Assembly (NCBI RefSeq): GCF_000020025.1
Contig: NC_010628.1
Location: forward strand, 5,130,001-5,162,000
Source: Nostoc punctiforme PCC 73102
GTDB lineage: Bacteria; Cyanobacteriota; Cyanobacteriia; Cyanobacteriales; Nostocaceae
Length of the DNA stretch: 32,000 nt
Reading direction: 5' to 3'
The notes beneath the pieces are model-generated. The model was not told the DNA's origin and did not search any database. It saw only the letters and a list, made by a program, of their open reading frames with translations. Shown here piece by piece: positions 18,182 through 26,645 of the stretch (position 1 is the stretch's first letter; each line of letters begins with the position of its first letter). Both the position numbers and the translations under genes were made by a program.

Positions 18182-18234
18182 AGTTTGGTGACATTTTTGT
18201 AATTCTTATCATTGGCTGCTATTTTTCTCACTCA

Positions 18235-18276
18235 TTCCACAGGGTTTCCACAGGGATTTTAGCAGTTTTCCACAGG
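18235..18276. promoter_or_regulatory. Three direct TTCCACAGG repeats spaced 11 and 22 bp apart (candidate transcription-factor site)
   Basis: Exact 9-mers at 18235-18243, 18246-18254 and 18268-18276. They lie 54-95 bp upstream of the MFS start codon, in the divergent MFS / DUF2811-like intergenic region. Confidence 0.4.
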
Positions 18277-18652
18277 TTCGCTACGAACTAATGGGCTTCT
18301 TACCCTCTGACTGGGGATTGTTAATTAACAGTGGCGAATAACTTCAAGGACTGAGTTTTTATAAAGTAAAGTAACAAATAATAGGCATTTGAGCCTATTA
18401 TTTCGTTTGTATTTATTTTTTATACAATCGTTTTTAACATTTCGCAGCATTGACAAACCCACCCCCTCTTGGCGCACAATGATTCGGCTTGCTTTTGTAA
18501 TTCGTTCAACCGTTGGCATCAAATGTGTAAAATATATTACCTGAGATGCGGGCGTAGATTGTCGGGCTGGCAAAAGAGTGGTGAGGAAGCCATAAGCCGC
18601 TTCACCGCAAGCAACTTGTCCCTCTTGATTATCCTCATAGGAGGAAAATCTC

Positions 18653-18907
18653 ATGAAATCAACGGTTAGCATCTTTACAGAAATTCCCGAAACACTCCAC
18701 GAATCCTTAAAAAACTACTTAGAAACCCATCCTGATTGGGATGAAAATAGGGTATTGACGGCGGCACTATCATTGTTTTTACTCCAAAATGGGGATAGCG
18801 ATCGCCGGGCTGCCCGAGTTTATCTGGAAACTTTATTCCACCACTCCTCAGTAGAAACGCCCAGCATCGATTCACCCGCAACAGCTAATCTATTAGATAC
18901 CCCATAG
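18653..18907 (+). CDS. Small conserved cyanobacterial protein (DUF2811-like)
   Basis: 84 aa. The ATG is preceded by GGAGGA at 18640-18645. IPETLHESLKNYLETHPDWDENRVLTAALSLFLLQNG resembles the DUF2811 family as I remember it. Confidence 0.6.
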   Translation: MKSTVSIFTEIPETLHESLKNYLETHPDWDENRVLTAALSLFLLQNGDSDRRAARVYLETLFHHSSVETPSIDSPATANLLDTP

Positions 18908-18941
18908 GTACGGGCATTATTCTCGCTCATACTCTAAATGT

Positions 18942-18961
18942 GGGCACGGCAAACCGTGCCC
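18942..18961 (+). terminator. GC-rich hairpin downstream of the DUF2811-like gene
   Basis: gggcacgg-caaa-ccgtgccc, an 8-bp stem lying 35 nt after the stop codon. No clear U-tract follows, so terminator function is uncertain. Confidence 0.35.
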
Positions 18962-19133
18962 CATAAATGGGATTTGATCTAATAGCGATTAAGCATATCG
19001 GGGCAATATTACAAAAGGATCAGTAGATTCTGCTCTATAACTTGCTCAAAACTATACGCAGCAAGGGCAACTTATGAATTGCTCCTACTGCGTATACGTA
19101 TTTTTACATTAGTATCAACTTAGAGCCTGGGCA

Positions 19134-19163
19134 AGAAAAAACAAGGGGCTTAAGCTCCTTGTT
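19134..19163 (-). terminator. Rho-independent terminator, best on the minus strand and usable on both
   Basis: The minus strand reads aacaaggagcttaagccccttgtt followed by ttttttc. The plus strand has the same stem followed by tttt. Confidence 0.55.
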
Positions 19164-19500
19164 TTGAAACCTGCAAAGGCAGGTAAAGTCCCGTGTAGAT
19201 GCGGTTTCTACAGCGCCGATTTCAGGTTAAATTGACAAGCTATGCGCCCCTAAAAACTTTACCTAAGCACATATCTGCCAAAACAGTCAGATCCAAAGAA
19301 ATATTTTCCAGCGGACTTTCTTTACTGTCCACTGTCTGAAACGGATAAACCGATATTTCAAATAACTGTCTGGTCAGTATTTGAGCAATATCTATGTATG
19401 TTTGATTGTCTAAATTTGTCTTTTACTAAAGCTAAAGAAATTCACTAATAACTACCCCAAGAGTCAACAGTCAAGAGTTAAAAAACTCTAGACTATAGAC

Positions 19501-20220
19501 TCAGGACTTGGCTTCCAAATGTTGGGGGTGAGCAGGAGATTCAAACTTATACCCTACGCCACGTACAGTTTGAATTAATGCTGGCTGACTAGCATCAATT
19601 TCAATCTTCTTGCGAATTTGACCAATATGTACATCTACAACCCGTTGGTCGCCGACATATTCATAGTCCCACACCTCTTGGATTAGTTCTGCCCGTCGCC
19701 AAACTCGACCTGGATGACTCGCTAAAAAATGCAACAAGTCAAATTCCAGCGCAGTTAAGGGTACTGCTTGGTTATTAAGTGCTACCTCCCGTCGCACCGG
19801 ATCAATCATCAGTTTTTCAAATACCAAGCGTTTCTGCTCGGCAGTAGTTATCACTCGCTGCCGTCTCAAAATCGCTCCGACTCTGACTTCTAGCTCTCCC
19901 AACCCAAAAGGCTTGGTGAGATAGTCGTCAGCACCTTTGGCAAAGCCGCGAATTTTGTCAGCTTCGTCAGCACGGCTAGTCAACATCAGAACAAAAACAC
20001 CATTACGACTTTGCATCTCTTGGCAAAGGTTAAACCCCGTTACATCTGGTAGATTCACGTCTAGAATCACCAAATCAGGGTTAAATTGCTCAAATAGAGC
20101 TAAGGCTGTCTTTCCATCTTCGGCAGCCTCCACCTGATAGTTCTGTTTAATCAAAAAGCGTTGGATTAAATTCCGAACCGCAGGATCGTCGTCAACTACA
20201 AGAATCTTGGCAGGAGCCAT
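19501..20220 (-). CDS. OmpR/PhoB-family response regulator with no adjacent histidine kinase
   Basis: The receiver domain shows ILVVDDDP, DLVILDVNLPD and KP. The winged-helix domain shows LTALEFDLLHFLASHPGRVW...TVRGVGYKF. I prefer the ATG at 20220 (MAPAKILVVDD) over the TTG at 20238 used by the track. Confidence 0.88.
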   Translation of the reverse strand: MAPAKILVVDDDPAVRNLIQRFLIKQNYQVEAAEDGKTALALFEQFNPDLVILDVNLPDVTGFNLCQEMQSRNGVFVLMLTSRADEADKIRGFAKGADDYLTKPFGLGELEVRVGAILRRQRVITTAEQKRLVFEKLMIDPVRREVALNNQAVPLTALEFDLLHFLASHPGRVWRRAELIQEVWDYEYVGDQRVVDVHIGQIRKKIEIDASQPALIQTVRGVGYKFESPAHPQHLEAKS

Positions 20221-20842
20221 GACCATTACTTTGCACAAAAATTCGTAAGATTAACAAGAGGGTTGCGTAAAAACGCAGTTACCACTTTGGGACTAACTAA
20301 GAATCTACATGGCTACGGTATGGGAATCCCGATCGTTCACAAATAAATACTGTAATCAGAAATGTGGGCGATGAAAACGCGAAACTTCTTTTAGCCACAG
20401 TAGATAGGCGCTCTGACTTTAGCCGTAATAGTTCTAGTTAGATGGCAACTTAAAACGTTTCAATTTTAAATCGATATGCGGATATATACCACAAGCGATT
20501 ATTCAGTATAATTAAAAAAATTTTATTAGGGCACAGTAATTTTGCCAAATTGAAAGCAGTAAAGTTGATTTTTTCATAAAAACTCTGGATTTTAGGTACT
20601 CTCCGTTCAAATTCTAGATTAAAGCCAGAATTAAGCAACGACATGAGGGTATACACGGAGTTATAGCGATATGTTAAAGTGACTATAGTTGAAATTACAA
20701 AGTCAATCAAACTAACCCGTGCTACTATCCTGGTAGGGCATAAAAGTAGGTCGAGACTTTAGTTTCGATTAAAACAAAACCTAAAACTGTTTTTTATTCG
20801 ACAAAAGACTGCCGCTGACTGAGGCTGAAGTAACAAACTCCC

Positions 20843-21472
20843 ATGAGCGATCAAAATCCCTACGAAAAACTTGGGGTATCAGAAGAGGCTAGCTTCGATG
20901 AAATTCAGGATGCTCGTAATCGCCTATTCGAGCAACATAGTGGCGATGCAAAGCATTTAGAAGTAATTGAAGCGGCTTACGATGCGATTTTAATGGATCG
21001 CTTACGGATGCGCCAGGAAGGTAAAATTAAAGTTCCTGAGCGCATCCGGTTTCCAGAGTTGCGAGTGCAATCACCTCCTAAAGAAAGTCCAACACCTCGT
21101 GATCAGTCACCTGCATGGCTGCAACGGATGCTGGATCAGCCAACACCTGCGGATATACTTTTACCAGGAGCTTGGTTTCTTGGTTTGAGTTCTATCAGCT
21201 TGTTTTATCCAGAGGGAGGCGAGCAGGTTTTGCAGTTAGCATTGGTGGTTGGGGTAGGCACCAGTATTTACTTCCTCAATCGCAAGGAAGGCAAATTTGG
21301 CCGAGCAGTTTTGTTTACCCTGATAAGTTTAATCATTGGCTTAATCGCTGGGGGACTAGTTGCTAGCTGGCTCTTACCACAAATATCATCATTCACCAAT
21401 CTGGGAACGAATCAATTCTCTACTGTCGTAACGTTTATATTGTTGTGGTTGGTTAGTAGTTTTCTACGGTAA
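20843..21472 (+). CDS. CPP1-like (DUF3353) J-like domain membrane protein
   Basis: 209 aa. The N-terminal J-like segment is NPYEKLGVSEEASFDEIQDARNRL without an HPD tripeptide. It is followed by three or four predicted TM helices, as in plant CPP1/CDF1 homologs. Confidence 0.7.
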   Translation: MSDQNPYEKLGVSEEASFDEIQDARNRLFEQHSGDAKHLEVIEAAYDAILMDRLRMRQEGKIKVPERIRFPELRVQSPPKESPTPRDQSPAWLQRMLDQPTPADILLPGAWFLGLSSISLFYPEGGEQVLQLALVVGVGTSIYFLNRKEGKFGRAVLFTLISLIIGLIAGGLVASWLLPQISSFTNLGTNQFSTVVTFILLWLVSSFLR

Positions 21473-21544
21473 ACCACTAGCTTGTAGGCAAGTTTCTATA
21501 AAGAATACATGGTTTATGTGTGTTCTTCTCAAAGATATAGAGTT

Positions 21545-21572
21545 AGGAGTCAGAATATGTATTCTGACTCCT
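21545..21572. terminator. Bidirectional hairpin between convergent genes
   Basis: Near-perfect palindrome aggagtcagaata-tg-tattctgactcct with 13-nt arms, followed by gcttt on the plus strand. It shares the AGGAGTCAGAAT motif with the element at 28012. Confidence 0.55.
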
Positions 21573-21620
21573 GCTTTAATTTGTACGATTAATTCAATCT
21601 GTTAGAGCTACAGAGGCTTT

Positions 21621-22313
21621 CTAGACAAGGTGTTTAGGTTTTAAGACTAAATCTACAGCAGTGCTGAAATCTTTAACGATTAAGTCGGGGTGGTAAAGTT
21701 CCAATTGGGTGCGATCGCGGATACCAGATTCCACAGCCATCACCTTAATATCATAATTTTTAGCTGCGGTGATATCGGCTTCCGTATCTCCCACCATCCA
21801 GGTATCAGCAGCCGGGGGCAGTTCTTTTAATGCCCTAGCCATTAACAAGGGCTTATCTTCAATATCACGAGTTTTAACGTAGTCGTTACTCAAGCAATAA
21901 CAACGATTTTCTGGGAAAAATCTCCCTAAATCGTATTTTTTAAAAGCATAATCTAGTTCTCGAACTCGGCGCATCGTCATAACTGCCAAATCAATTCCCG
22001 CTTCTTGAATTTTTAACAGTGCATCCACAGCACCAGGCGCGAGAGTGTCATAGTTGAAATAAGCTTCTGTATGCACAGTTTGCCGCCGCAACTGGGCAAA
22101 TTCTTGGGCTTGGGCTTCGTCTAACCCTGAATTGAAGGCAATTTGTTTTTCGGGAACGCGCGATCGCTTTAACTGCCAAAATTCCGCTTTCGGAAGTTCT
22201 TGCACTACTTGATCTGGGCGACGAGTTTTCTCTAAGCAGAATTGATAAACACGGTAGTACCGTTCGGAAACATCAATAATTGGGCCGTCGAAGTCAGTAA
22301 TAAGTCTTAGCAT
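21621..22313 (-). CDS. HAD-superfamily hydrolase
   Basis: 230 aa. Motif I is ITDFDGPI, and the C-terminal motif is MVGDTEADITAA. Confidence 0.8.
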   Translation of the reverse strand: MLRLITDFDGPIIDVSERYYRVYQFCLEKTRRPDQVVQELPKAEFWQLKRSRVPEKQIAFNSGLDEAQAQEFAQLRRQTVHTEAYFNYDTLAPGAVDALLKIQEAGIDLAVMTMRRVRELDYAFKKYDLGRFFPENRCYCLSNDYVKTRDIEDKPLLMARALKELPPAADTWMVGDTEADITAAKNYDIKVMAVESGIRDRTQLELYHPDLIVKDFSTAVDLVLKPKHLV

Positions 22314-22416
22314 CGGCGGAAAAAGTTAATTTTTATTAAAATTATCTCAGATGTATGGCTATTTTTTGAGGGTATCAAGTCTAGCTGAATTTCAATTGAT
22401 ATTTTGTACTCAGGCA

Positions 22417-23502
22417 TTATTGCAGGGTACCACGTTTGATTTGTTCGCTTTCAATGGCTTCAAATAAGGCACGAAAGTTACCTTCACCAAAACCTTGAGC
22501 TTGGAAACGGCGTTCAATAAACTCAAAGAAAAATGTCGGCTGTTCAAAAATAGGCTGGGTGAAAATTTGCAGTAGTAGGGGTGCAGTTTGTTGTGTCCCT
22601 ACGGGAGTATATTCTTGCCAGTCCACAAGAATTTCCTGTTGAGCGATTGCTTCTAGTTCTAGAGGTGATAGCGTGAGTCCTGAACGCTGTTTTAGCTGTG
22701 AATAGTAGGTTTGGGGAACTGAGAGCAAAGGTAAACCACTGGCACGAAATTTAGCGATCGCACTCACCAGATTAGTTGTCCGTAAGGCAATATGTTGAAT
22801 ACCTGGCCCCCGATTGACATCTAAAAATTCCTGAATTTGGGAATTTTTGGAAGCTGGTTCATTAATTGGCAGTTGGACGCTGCCGTTATGCGAAACCATC
22901 ACCTGGCTGTGTAAAGCAGAACGATTGGTTTTAATTTTAAATGCTTGCTGGGGTTGAAAATCTAAGATATTTTCGTACCAAGCGACAGCACGATCCAATT
23001 CACCAACTGCCACGTTTAACACAATGTGATCGATGGCGGTAAAAGTGTTGTCATTTGTCATTTGTCCTTTGTCATTTGTGTTAGTTACAGATGACGACGG
23101 ACAAATCACTGATGACCTTTCTATTAATGTATGAGTAAGTCCACCCCAGGCGGCAATTTTGCCACACTTGAGAAATGCCGTACCTATCTGGCGTTCCTGA
23201 ATGGGTTGTAAGATTGTAGCACCATGTTTTTGAGCTTGTGCGATCGCAGCTTCTACATCTTCCACAGCAAAAGCGACATCTGCCACACCAGGTGGATATT
23301 TACGCAAAAACTCTGCTACTGGACTTGTGGGTAACAGTGGTGAAGATAGAAAAAAGCAGACAGCACCACTTTTCACCACTTCTGTACAAGTGTGAAACGA
23401 ACTGTTGCGATCGGCTACTGATTGAAAACCAAGATGGTGTACAAACCAATCCCGCCAAATTTTGGCATCTTCTACATAGAAATGAACGCGATCAATTTTC
23501 AT
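22417..23502 (-). CDS. hppD: 4-hydroxyphenylpyruvate dioxygenase
   Basis: 361 aa with two VOC/glyoxalase-fold halves. The C-terminal signature is IFTQPIFEQPTFFFEFIERR...GFGEGNFRALFEAIE, with GIQHIAL upstream. Confidence 0.9.
   Translation of the reverse strand: MKIDRVHFYVEDAKIWRDWFVHHLGFQSVADRNSSFHTCTEVVKSGAVCFFLSSPLLPTSPVAEFLRKYPPGVADVAFAVEDVEAAIAQAQKHGATILQPIQERQIGTAFLKCGKIAAWGGLTHTLIERSSVICPSSSVTNTNDKGQMTNDNTFTAIDHIVLNVAVGELDRAVAWYENILDFQPQQAFKIKTNRSALHSQVMVSHNGSVQLPINEPASKNSQIQEFLDVNRGPGIQHIALRTTNLVSAIAKFRASGLPLLSVPQTYYSQLKQRSGLTLSPLELEAIAQQEILVDWQEYTPVGTQQTAPLLLQIFTQPIFEQPTFFFEFIERRFQAQGFGEGNFRALFEAIESEQIKRGTLQ
23047..23081. repeat. Five tandem heptamers (consensus TTTGTCA) inside the hppD reading frame
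   Basis: The run is gttgtca tttgtca tttgtcc tttgtca tttgtgt. It is translated on the minus strand as ..TNTNDKGQMTNDN.. in the linker between the two HppD domains. Confidence 0.85.
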
Positions 23503-23608
23503 AGATATTGAAAATCCAGCATAACAGCTTATATATCTGTGAATTTTGCCTCTTTTGCTAGATTTTCACTTCTGACCTAAGCAAGAATTATATATACGTA
23601 CTCCTACT

Positions 23609-24313
23609 TTAAAAGAACAGATGACTATCAGGTTGAATATTAATTTCCATTGGCACAGCTTGCGGTTCGGCAGAAAGGGCAAAGAAAATAGCATTGGCAG
23701 CAGTTTCAGGACTGAGCATTTTTTTCCGGTCTACTTTTAGGTTGACATTATCCCAGAAAGGAGAATCTACCCCACCAAAGTAGAATAGCGTGAACTTGAT
23801 ACCAAAACGCTTAAGTTCCTCTGCCATGCACTTGCTAAAACCAACAACACCAAACTTAGAAGCAGAATAAGCTGCTGCCATCCCCATCGAATGCTTGCCG
23901 AGAATTCCTACCACATTACAGATGTGACCAGACTTGCGCTTTTGCATCTCTTCAGCAGCCGCCTGGGTAGTATAAAAGCTGCCTTTTAAGTTGACATCTA
24001 GCATCTTGTCTAAATCAGTAGGTTCCAGGCTGTTGTAAGGCTTGAGTATACCTATACCGGCTGCATTCACTAAAATATCGATTTGACCAAACTTAGCGAT
24101 GGTCTTTTCTATCAAAATATCTACTTGTTGGGGGTCAGTAATATCAGTGGGAACGGTCAAAACTTCCCCTGGTAAATCAGTAGCCAGTGTTGTTAAACGA
24201 GCTGCATCCCTCGCAGCCAACACCAACCTGACTCCGGTGGGCGCAAGTTTATGTGTTAAAGCTGAACCAATACCACCAGTAGCACCGACAATAACGACAA
24301 CTTTATCCTGCAT
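23609..24313 (-). CDS. Short-chain dehydrogenase/reductase (SDR) family oxidoreductase
   Basis: 234 aa with the Rossmann motif VGATGGIGSA, NAAG, and the catalytic YSASK. Confidence 0.88.
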   Translation of the reverse strand: MQDKVVVIVGATGGIGSALTHKLAPTGVRLVLAARDAARLTTLATDLPGEVLTVPTDITDPQQVDILIEKTIAKFGQIDILVNAAGIGILKPYNSLEPTDLDKMLDVNLKGSFYTTQAAAEEMQKRKSGHICNVVGILGKHSMGMAAAYSASKFGVVGFSKCMAEELKRFGIKFTLFYFGGVDSPFWDNVNLKVDRKKMLSPETAANAIFFALSAEPQAVPMEINIQPDSHLFF

Positions 24314-24394
24314 TGCAATATTTATATTTCTTTACATCTTTTTACATAATACTGAATTACAGGCTCAGGTTGTACGTAAACATCCAGAAAGCAT

Positions 24395-25681
24395 CTACTC
24401 ACGCAATAGTGCTGTTACCTCATATTCCTTGCCACTCGCTTCTAATGTAAATGTGGGAGATGATTGTAAATATTTAAGAAAACTAGAACCCAACTTTAAT
24501 TTTTTTATAATTGAATTAGGAGATTCTCCGGCTATTTTGTGTAATTCTGAACCTAGTTTAGGCACACATAATTTAGTTTTAGGCGACTTGTTTTGTATAT
24601 CTTTAATAATTTTTAATAGTATTTTATCTAATACTTTTTTATTAGGGACTTTCGCAAAATTATCTTGTTTTGTTTCTTGATTACATTCTGTAACAGAGCT
24701 ATCTAAAACAGGGAGTAGTTTCTCAATTTCTGGCTGCTTTGGATTATGTTTAATATTTATCTCGCATTTTTCTTGAAATGAAGTTGCAACAGCCACTAAA
24801 CTGTCTAATCGAGCATTGATTGATTCCTGTTCCGTTTTAATTAAATCTTGAATTGTATCAACCACTTTTTCAAAAGATGGAACTTCTGTTGCCATTGGCA
24901 AAGAATAATCTGTTAATTTGCCAGTATTCCGGTTTTCTATATGCAAATTTTGTCCTTGTCTACGTACCCAATAGACAATCAATCCTTGATTTTGGAGTTC
25001 GTTACAAAGATGGTTTAAAATTCCATCACCAGAACAAACCAAGATTTCTTTAACTGTTGGATAAGAGCGTAAGACACAAGCACCAAATGCGATCATTTTT
25101 GCATCAGCACCGTCCTTACCTCCAGGCACATGGACAAGTTGATAACCACGGTTATATAGTTCAATATCTTGCTTTCCAGTACTTGGATTTCTCCAGTTAG
25201 CAAATGCCATTTTAACTTGGAGAGGATACTTGCAGACACTAGCTAAAAATAATTCTGAATTAATATCTAACTTTAGGTTTTCTGCATCCAAAAGTAGAAG
25301 AGATATTCCTGTTTCTAACTTAGATTTAATTTCGTTTGATTGCTGAATTTCAAGAAAAAATTTACTAAATGCAGCAGATTCTAGGCAATCAGATGATAAT
25401 ATATTTTGTAGCACTTCTTCAGATAATTTAAAACTGAAAGAGTTAAGATTTTTCTCTGGAATTTTTTCTTCTGGTAAGTTTTTGACTAAAAAAACTTCTG
25501 TGGTTACAGCCATAGATACTTTAGTCTGTCCGTTGCTGTTAGCAAGCAACTCACCTTTCAGGGAATGAGGAAATACAGGCTCAAGGAATTGTTGACCACA
25601 ATTTTTGCAGAGGTAATTCTGCTTGTCATTCCGACAACCATTTTGACGACATGAAGTAGATTCGCACCGAGGACATTTCAT
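24395..25681 (-). CDS. Zn-ribbon / NYN (LabA-like PIN-fold nuclease) / OST-HTH (LOTUS) domain protein
   Basis: The probable start is the ATG at 25681 (MKCPRCESTSCRQNGCRNDKQNYLCKNCGQQF, a CxxC..CxxC ribbon). The track's TTG start at 25783 adds 34 implausible residues. The NYN-like core is LLLLDAENL...ANWRNP...GGKDGADAKMI...LVCSGDGILNHL...VYWV. The C-terminal OST-HTH-like segment is LGSELHKIAGESPNSIIKKLKLGSSFLKYLQSSPTFTL. Confidence 0.7.
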   Translation of the reverse strand: MKCPRCESTSCRQNGCRNDKQNYLCKNCGQQFLEPVFPHSLKGELLANSNGQTKVSMAVTTEVFLVKNLPEEKIPEKNLNSFSFKLSEEVLQNILSSDCLESAAFSKFFLEIQQSNEIKSKLETGISLLLLDAENLKLDINSELFLASVCKYPLQVKMAFANWRNPSTGKQDIELYNRGYQLVHVPGGKDGADAKMIAFGACVLRSYPTVKEILVCSGDGILNHLCNELQNQGLIVYWVRRQGQNLHIENRNTGKLTDYSLPMATEVPSFEKVVDTIQDLIKTEQESINARLDSLVAVATSFQEKCEINIKHNPKQPEIEKLLPVLDSSVTECNQETKQDNFAKVPNKKVLDKILLKIIKDIQNKSPKTKLCVPKLGSELHKIAGESPNSIIKKLKLGSSFLKYLQSSPTFTLEASGKEYEVTALLRE

Positions 25682-25865
25682 CTTATGATTCAGGTGGTCT
25701 AGGCAGATACTTTCCTTTAAGTATATAGTATAAAAAAAGACTGTCAATGTCAGTTTGCATTGCCCAACACAAGAAAAACTCAAAGTAAGCAGAAATTAAA
25801 TTCAACCTTAATTTCCGCCTGCACTATGTCATAGCCCTCTGAATAGTTAGATTTTAAGAAACGCT

Positions 25866-26645
25866 TCAACTGACGCGGGCGAAAACGTAGTCACGGGTGC
25901 GAGAATCTACGGGATTAGTAAAAATTTTATTTGTAGTACCAAATTCAACCATTTGAGTAATACGATTTTCATTGCTATGAAAGAAAGCCGTAAAATCCGA
26001 TAGGCGAGTAACTTGATGCATATTGTGAGTAACAATCACAATTGTTAACTCAGAGCGCAAGTTATGGATCAAATGCTCAATTTTCATGCTAGCAGCAGGA
26101 TCAAGACCTGAACAAGGCTCATCCATCAACAAAACATTTGGTTTGACTGCTAAAGCCCGAGCAATACATAATCTTTGTTGTTGACCACCAGAAAGTTCTA
26201 AAGCAGACTTGTGCAACTTATTTTTCACTTCATCCCAAAGTTCAGCAGCTTTGATGGCAGATTCAACAATCCCATCTAATTCTACTTTCGGATGCCATCC
26301 AATTAATTTCACTCCATAAGCAACATTATCGTAAACACTCATAGGAAAAAGATTTGGCTTGGGAAAAACCATACTAACTTGGCGACGTAAGCGATTGATA
26401 TTGACCCGACGCTCATAAATACTCTGGCCAAAAAATTCTACTTTTCCTTCAACCTTCACTTCTCCTTCTAATTCACTCATGCGATTTAAGGATTTAATAA
26501 AAGTAGATTTGCCACAACCGCTAGAACCAATAATTGCCGTGATTTGGTTTTGGTAAATATCCATTGACACGCCTTCAACTATCTTTTGAGTGTCGTAAGA
26601 GAAGCTGAAGTTTTTGACTCTGATGGCTGGAATTAGTTTACTCAT
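25866..26645 (-). CDS. pstB: Phosphate ABC transporter ATP-binding protein, distal paralog (PstB') with a degenerate Q-loop
   Basis: 259 aa. Walker A GSSGCGKST, signature LSGGQQQR, Walker B LLMDEP and H-loop VTHNM are present. The Q-loop reads MVFPKPNLFP, with codon CCC at 26363..26361 where PstB normally has Gln. Confidence 0.9.
   Translation of the reverse strand: MSKLIPAIRVKNFSFSYDTQKIVEGVSMDIYQNQITAIIGSSGCGKSTFIKSLNRMSELEGEVKVEGKVEFFGQSIYERRVNINRLRRQVSMVFPKPNLFPMSVYDNVAYGVKLIGWHPKVELDGIVESAIKAAELWDEVKNKLHKSALELSGGQQQRLCIARALAVKPNVLLMDEPCSGLDPAASMKIEHLIHNLRSELTIVIVTHNMHQVTRLSDFTAFFHSNENRITQMVEFGTTNKIFTNPVDSRTRDYVFARVS

Noticed and set aside
18325-18672. 115-aa minus-strand ORF and its 66-aa antisense partner (18469..18669)
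   Set aside because: They overlap the RBS and start of the DUF2811-like gene and span the AT-rich hairpin. There is no motif support.
20450-20710. 86-aa minus-strand ORF in the response-regulator / CPP1-like intergenic region
   Set aside because: The sequence is very AT-rich and the peptide is rich in Ile, Asn and Phe, typical of random ORFs in AT-rich spacers. No RBS is present.
24099-24680. 193-aa plus-strand ORF
   Set aside because: It is antisense to both the 5' end of the SDR gene and the 3' end of the NYN gene, crossing their intergenic gap. It is a shadow ORF.
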